Assembly (NCBI GenBank): GCA_000960865.2
Contig: JZWU02000017.1
Span: forward strand, 1-31,890
Source of the DNA: Vulcanisaeta sp. AZ3
Lineage (GTDB): Archaea; Thermoproteota; Thermoprotei; Thermoproteales; Thermocladiaceae
Length of the DNA stretch: 31,890 bases
Reading direction: 5' to 3'
Shown here: positions 26,839-31,890 of the stretch, one piece after another
How the letters are laid out: every line of letters begins with the position of its first letter
How positions within the stretch are numbered: position 1 is the stretch's first letter
Made by a program: the position numbers and the translations under genes
Notes under the pieces: generated by a model
What the model was told of the DNA's origin: nothing
The model's input: only the letters and a program-made list of their open reading frames with translations
Databases searched by the model: none

Positions 26839-28899
26839 ATGAGAACCGAACTTTGGTCATCAATAAATGAGGGTCAGAGAAGGGCCGTCTTGATAAATGC
26901 TCTCCTTGGATCGCTGCTTGGATCTATGAATATGGCCTCCATAGTAATTGCATTACCTGCTATACTGAAGGGTGTTGGTATAAACCCAACATCATCATTA
27001 GGCTTTATCGTAATGATGTGGTTAATGTTCTCATACCCACTGGTGACTGCCGTGACTGTGCCTATAATTGGTAGGCTCTCTGACATGTTTGGCAGGGGTA
27101 GGGTGTTCACTATTGGTGATGCCTTATTCACTGCGATATCATTATTGATGGGTTTAGTACCTGGTTATGGTATTATCGCTGGATTGCAATTAGTGGCATA
27201 TAGGTTTATTCAGGGTATTGCTGGCTCAATGATGTTTAGTAATAGTGCTGCGTTAATAACCGATGTGTATCCGCCAGAGAGGAGAGGTGTGGCTCAAGGT
27301 ATTGTTGGTATAGCCTTTAGTGCTGGTAGTGTGAGTGGGCTTGTGGTGGGTGGTTTATTGGCGATCATTAATTGGAGGTTGGTTTTTCTATTCAATGTGC
27401 CGATAGGTCTTGTGAGTACATTGTGGGCTTTGAGGAGTGTTTATAGGTTACCTACGGGATTTAGTAGGGTTAGTATTGATTATGTTGGTGCGGTTCTATT
27501 GTCTGCATCGCTCATCTTTGTGTTAATGGGGTTGTTATTATCGATGATGCCCTACGGAGGATCATCACTGGGTTGGGGTAATCCCATGGTTTGGATTAGC
27601 CTCGTCATAGGTATAGTATTATTTGGCGCGCTCATATTTGTGGAGAGGAGGATTAGGGAACCAATGCTTAAGATTAATTTATTTGGTATTAGACAGTTTA
27701 CTTATGGCGTATTTAGTTCTTTCTTTCTTTTCATGGCGATGGGTGCTAATATATTCGTATTGTCGTTACTCCTACAGGCAATATACTTGCCTTTAGTTTA
27801 TAAAATACCGTATTCAGAGACGCCGTTATGGGCTGGGATATTTCTAATACCCAGTAGTATAGCTAATGCCATATTTGCTCCAATAGGTGGTAAGTTATTG
27901 AATAAGTTGGGTGCTAGGGTAGTCTCTACGTTAGGTGCTATACTCTTTGGCGTGGGCTTTGAATTACTTGCGTTATTACCAATGAATTTTAACTACGTTG
28001 AGTTCGCAGCAATACTAGTTATAACTGGTATAGGTTCAGGGTTGTTCCAATCACCTAACATAGTCTCAATACTCAGTGCTGTGCCTTCGAGCGATAGGGC
28101 CGCAGCCTCTGGGCTAAGGGCCTCAATGCAAAACATAGGCTCATTAATGAGCTTTGCCTTATTCTTAACGTTAATAATCACTGGGTCTGCAGCTGCATTA
28201 CCGGTTGCCTTGTATAGGGCGTTAATTAATGCTGGTGTTCCCATGAGTGATGCACGCACTCTTGTATCAATACCGCCAGTTTATGCATTGTTCGCAGCTT
28301 TTCTGGGGTTTGATCCGATAAAGACTTTAATAGAACAGGCTCACATATCCCTAAGTCCATCTGTGTTTGCTAATATTGAGAACATAACATTCTTCCCAAG
28401 TGCCATAGCTCCCGCAATGCAATTGGGCTTCCATCTGGCGTATCATATGGCCGCGATTTTTGCATTTGCAGCTGCGGCATTCTCCTACTTAAGAGGTAAG
28501 GAGGCGTTTCATGTAATGCAGGAGCAGGTCCAGGTTGTTGAGAGGAGGGTTGGTAAGGTTGCTGATGATCCTGTCAATGATTATAGGGGAGATTTAGATT
28601 TAAAGAATGATCCTGTGTTGCGTAAGGCTTATGCGGCATACTTATTGATGAATACGGAGATTAGTGAGACTGTTATTAGGGCATTATCAGTTAAGGAGTT
28701 AGTATATACGATAGCTGCTACATCGCATGCTCCAGATTGGTTTATTGATTTTGTTAAGAATATGAATGATTGTAACTTAGATATCAAGGTAATATCTTTA
28801 TTAACGAATTACTTAAAGCCGCCAGATTGGGTGAATGATTTGGTTAATGGTTGGATAAAGATTAATTACTCGAATGAGAATAAAAACAATATTAAGTAA
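26839..28899 (+). CDS. MFS transporter (DHA2/EmrB-like, 14 TM) with soluble C-terminal extension
   Basis: GRLSDMFGRGR motif A, RFIQG, PPERRG, WRLVFLFNVPIG and FQSPN, followed by a roughly 130-aa hydrophilic tail. Confidence 0.92.
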   Translation: MRTELWSSINEGQRRAVLINALLGSLLGSMNMASIVIALPAILKGVGINPTSSLGFIVMMWLMFSYPLVTAVTVPIIGRLSDMFGRGRVFTIGDALFTAISLLMGLVPGYGIIAGLQLVAYRFIQGIAGSMMFSNSAALITDVYPPERRGVAQGIVGIAFSAGSVSGLVVGGLLAIINWRLVFLFNVPIGLVSTLWALRSVYRLPTGFSRVSIDYVGAVLLSASLIFVLMGLLLSMMPYGGSSLGWGNPMVWISLVIGIVLFGALIFVERRIREPMLKINLFGIRQFTYGVFSSFFLFMAMGANIFVLSLLLQAIYLPLVYKIPYSETPLWAGIFLIPSSIANAIFAPIGGKLLNKLGARVVSTLGAILFGVGFELLALLPMNFNYVEFAAILVITGIGSGLFQSPNIVSILSAVPSSDRAAASGLRASMQNIGSLMSFALFLTLIITGSAAALPVALYRALINAGVPMSDARTLVSIPPVYALFAAFLGFDPIKTLIEQAHISLSPSVFANIENITFFPSAIAPAMQLGFHLAYHMAAIFAFAAAAFSYLRGKEAFHVMQEQVQVVERRVGKVADDPVNDYRGDLDLKNDPVLRKAYAAYLLMNTEISETVIRALSVKELVYTIAATSHAPDWFIDFVKNMNDCNLDIKVISLLTNYLKPPDWVNDLVNGWIKINYSNENKNNIK

Positions 28900-29228
28900 A
28901 ACGATTTTAGGTGCAGCAAATGGCCTTTTTATGTTGTCTTAGGCAATGTATGGTTTTCCACCGCTCCAGATAATCATTCCTCCATCGTTGAGGTACTCAA
29001 TAGCTACGTAGCCTTTATATATTATTTTCCTACTATTTGTTTTCTCGTACTGATTTTTCCTTATGGTGGACATTTTCCTATCACCGAACCATTAAATGGC
29101 TTGTTCTGTTAATAAATTTATATAGTGATGTGGGTGTAATCACTATATTTATTCTTGATTTATATATAGGTTATATTCATCTTCTTTATTAGATTAAGTT
29201 TTTATTTTCGTGATTAATACCGAGTGAG

Positions 29229-30296
29229 ATGATTGAGGATAGGAAGAACGATCATATTAAGATCGCTGCTGGGCAGGATGTTGAGGAGGGTAATAGTCTT
29301 TTTGATGAGGTTTATCTTGTGCATGACGCATTGCCTGAGATTGATTTTGATGATGTTGATTCATCAGTCATGGTATTTGGTAAGAGGCTTTCATTTCCAT
29401 TCATTATCGGTGCGATGACTGGGGGTACTGAGGTTGCGGAGAGGATTAACTCTGTGCTCTCTAGGTGTGCTGAGGAGTTTGGCATTGGTATGTATGTTGG
29501 GTCTCAGAGGGTTGCTATTGTTAAGCCTGAGACCACCAGGAGTTTTAGGGTTGTTGCTGAGAATGCACCAACGGCTTTGAAGATTGCGAATCTTGGTGCC
29601 CCCCAGGTTTCTAGGCTTGATGAGAAGGTGTTGGGTGATTGGGTTTCGCAGGCTATTGATATGATTAATGCTGATGCGTTGGCTATACACTTAAATCCGG
29701 CTCAGGAGGTTTTTCAGCCTGAGGGTGAGCCTTGGTTTAGGGGTGTTCTTGATAAGTTGAGGTTTATTAAGAAGGTTGCTAATAGGCCGTTAATAGTTAA
29801 GGAGGTTGGTAATGGGATATCCATGGAGGTGGCCAAGGCGTTGGCCATTGGGGTAAACCCTGATGCGATCGATGTTGGTGGTGTTGGTGGTACGTCCTTT
29901 ATACGTATTGAGAGCATCAGGGCTGGGGCTACGGATCTTGCTTATGTGTTTAGGGGTTGGGGTATACCGACTGTGTTGTCGATATGTGAGGTTAGGTCTG
30001 TCTATAATGGCTTGGTGTTTGCTTCTGGTGGTGTTAGGAGCGGGCTTGATGGTGCTAAGGCGTTGGCTTTGGGTGCCGATGTATTCATAATGTCGAGGCC
30101 ATTATTAATAACAGCTCTTAAGGGTTATGATGAGACTAAGAACTTTATAATTAAGTTGTTTAGGGAGTTTAGGATTGCCATGTTTTTAACGGGTTCTAGG
30201 AATGTTGAGGGGTTGCATAAGGTTCCTGTTGTGCTTGGGCCGACAATAATGTCTTGGCTAAGTCAGAGGGGTGTCAGGTGTAGGCATTATGAGTAA
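29229..30296 (+). CDS. fni: Isopentenyl-diphosphate delta-isomerase type 2 (FMN)
   Basis: RKNDHI, AMTGG, GSQR, ANLG, HLNPAQE...QPEG, KEVGNG, GGTSF and SGGVRSGLD. Confidence 0.97.
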   Translation: MIEDRKNDHIKIAAGQDVEEGNSLFDEVYLVHDALPEIDFDDVDSSVMVFGKRLSFPFIIGAMTGGTEVAERINSVLSRCAEEFGIGMYVGSQRVAIVKPETTRSFRVVAENAPTALKIANLGAPQVSRLDEKVLGDWVSQAIDMINADALAIHLNPAQEVFQPEGEPWFRGVLDKLRFIKKVANRPLIVKEVGNGISMEVAKALAIGVNPDAIDVGGVGGTSFIRIESIRAGATDLAYVFRGWGIPTVLSICEVRSVYNGLVFASGGVRSGLDGAKALALGADVFIMSRPLLITALKGYDETKNFIIKLFREFRIAMFLTGSRNVEGLHKVPVVLGPTIMSWLSQRGVRCRHYE

Positions 30297-30352
30297 GTTA
30301 TGTGTTTACCTGCAAATAAGTGTTTTATACGTGTGATTAGTTATTATTTTTA

Positions 30353-30769
30353 ATGAGCGTTCAAGGCATTGCGTGTCCTAAGTGTGGTTCTAGGAGAATT
30401 AGTATTGTTGTTTCTAATGCATTAACGTTTAAGTGCATGGACTGTGGATACACGTGGTCGCCGAGCTTACCGGCCCAGGGTCTGGTGAGTACGAGGGCTG
30501 GTGAGTTTCATTGGACTGAGGTTAAGAAGTTGATGGAGGATGCCATTAATTATGTGAGGAGGTTATTAGAGGATGGCATGGATGATTGTGATGATATTAT
30601 TAGTAAGGTTCAGGAGATGTATGGTAAGGTCTTAACAACACGTGAAATTATTAAGGTAGTGATCATAGGCATGAAGAGGTACTTAGAGGAGATCAGGTAT
30701 AGGGATGTGAATGAATACGTAAGGCTTAATTCTGAGTTGGGCAGGTGTAGGGAGTTAATGGCTAAGTAA
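30353..30769 (+). CDS. Hypothetical zinc-ribbon protein
   Basis: N-terminal CPKCGS...FKCMDCGYTW zinc ribbon followed by a helical domain. Confidence 0.8.
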   Translation: MSVQGIACPKCGSRRISIVVSNALTFKCMDCGYTWSPSLPAQGLVSTRAGEFHWTEVKKLMEDAINYVRRLLEDGMDDCDDIISKVQEMYGKVLTTREIIKVVIIGMKRYLEEIRYRDVNEYVRLNSELGRCRELMAK

Positions 30770-30770
30770 G

Positions 30771-31586
30771 TTACTCAGAGGGAAGCGCACTCGATCTCTT
30801 ATTCCTGAGCCTTGCCTTCTTAGGATATCCTGAGGCCCAGACCCTCTTACTCCTTGGTACTAACTGTGGGCAACGCCTACCGGTGCAGCGTGGTGCAATA
30901 ATACCAACTTTTTGGCCAGGTGGTGCGTTCCTAGGCACTGGGGTCCCACCCTTCTGATGACTACCACCACCGTGGGGATGCGCATAGGGGTTCATGGCTT
31001 TACCTCTAACTGTTGGGTATTTCCAGGACTTTGCCTTGGCTCTATAGTACTTATTGCTTGCCTTAAGCATGGGCTTCTCAATTCTACCACCACCAGCTAC
31101 AATACCAACTGTTGCCCTAGCTCTGGAGTCAATCTCCATCACTTTACCACTGGGTAATTGTACGACTGTCGTTTCATCCTTGTGCGAGAGGACCACGGCG
31201 TATGTGCCGCTAGATCTCACGAACTTACCTCCATCATTGATTCTCTTCTCTATGTTGTAAATCATCATGCCCTCGGGCACCTCACCAATCGGCAGTACAT
31301 TGCCCGGTGCTGGTTTTGCTGCTGCGCCGATCTCGATTAGCTGTCCAACGTACATACCTTCAGTGGCGTAGTTTAGGAATTCTCTGCCATCCTCAAGCGT
31401 AATTCTAGCTATGGGTGCGTTTAGTCCTGGTACATGCATGAGTTCCTTAACAACTCCCTTAATGGTACCGTTAATTTCAGCTTCATTCATTGATGGGTAC
31501 CTAACGGGTCCCTCCTTAGTCCAGCCTGGGTTTCTGAATTGTGTATTACCCCTTCCGCGTCTTTGTACTAGTATTTTCTTACCCAC
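30771..31586 (-). CDS. rpl2: 50S ribosomal protein L2 (uL2)
   Basis: GKKILVQRRGRG, GGGRIEKP and VRGKAMNPYAHPHGGG. Start is GTG 31586 (MGKKI). Confidence 0.98.
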   Translation of the reverse strand: MGKKILVQRRGRGNTQFRNPGWTKEGPVRYPSMNEAEINGTIKGVVKELMHVPGLNAPIARITLEDGREFLNYATEGMYVGQLIEIGAAAKPAPGNVLPIGEVPEGMMIYNIEKRINDGGKFVRSSGTYAVVLSHKDETTVVQLPSGKVMEIDSRARATVGIVAGGGRIEKPMLKASNKYYRAKAKSWKYPTVRGKAMNPYAHPHGGGSHQKGGTPVPRNAPPGQKVGIIAPRCTGRRCPQLVPRSKRVWASGYPKKARLRNKRSSALPSE

Positions 31587-31650
31587 GGTTAATCCCGTTA
31601 TGAGTGGCGGGTGTGGGTTTTTAAACATTTACATTATTACCATCACTAAC

Positions 31651-31890
31651 ATGGGTAGTGAGGAGAGAGTTCTCGAGGTTGTGAGGGAAGGTGATGATGA
31701 GTATAGTCTCGTTAAGCCCGGCCCCAATTACGTGAAGAGCCTTGAGGAGAGAGGTATTGGTGAGAGGAGAGGAGCGCTTTATGTATTAAGGACTATTGAA
31801 CTCATATATTTGTTAATGAGTGAGTATAGAGTTGTGATTGATGGGAGGGAGGTTAACGTTAATGAACTTGTTAAGCATATTAACAATCCA
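31651..31890 (+). CDS. Partial CDS, possibly the N-terminal domain of a tRNA-splicing endonuclease subunit
   Basis: Open from ATG 31651 to the edge: MGSEERVLEVV...LEERGIGERRGALYVLRTIELIYLLMSEYRVVIDG. G...L..IE..YL resembles the EndA N-terminal domain; the catalytic part is not visible. Confidence 0.5.
   Translation, partial: MGSEERVLEVVREGDDEYSLVKPGPNYVKSLEERGIGERRGALYVLRTIELIYLLMSEYRVVIDGREVNVNELVKHINNP

Noticed and set aside
1-31890. CRISPR array, IS/transposase or defence system
   Set aside because: I saw no regularly spaced repeats, terminal inverted repeats or recognisable cas/transposase proteins.

Overview
Archaeal chromosomal window, most likely from a hyperthermophilic Thermoproteales crenarchaeon (Vulcanisaeta/Caldivirga-like). 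This is inferred from EF-2 with the diphthamide His, proteasome beta, Taw1, type-2 IPP isomerase, uL2, a tRNA intron at a non-canonical position, short TATA-to-start spacing and G/T-rich codon usage. Positions 1-7056 hold a ClC channel/antiporter cut by the left edge and a variable glycosyltransferase cluster: two GT4 genes, one intact GT2, one disrupted GT2 paralogue, one orphan DxD protein and decayed remnants. The rest is mostly housekeeping and rich in RNA-maturation genes (ThiI, endonuclease V, Taw1, an RNase Z-like protein, a probable splicing-endonuclease subunit). The main features missing from the ORF track are non-coding RNAs. A back-to-back H/ACA-like and C/D guide RNA pair lies between psmB and thiI. 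A double-guide C/D RNA upstream of EF-2 has guides matching conserved 16S rRNA sequence, and there is a weaker C/D-like candidate at about 18.9 kb. tRNA-Trp(CCA) carries a 17-nt BHB intron at 30/31. I found no CRISPR array, IS element or clearly new multi-gene system.
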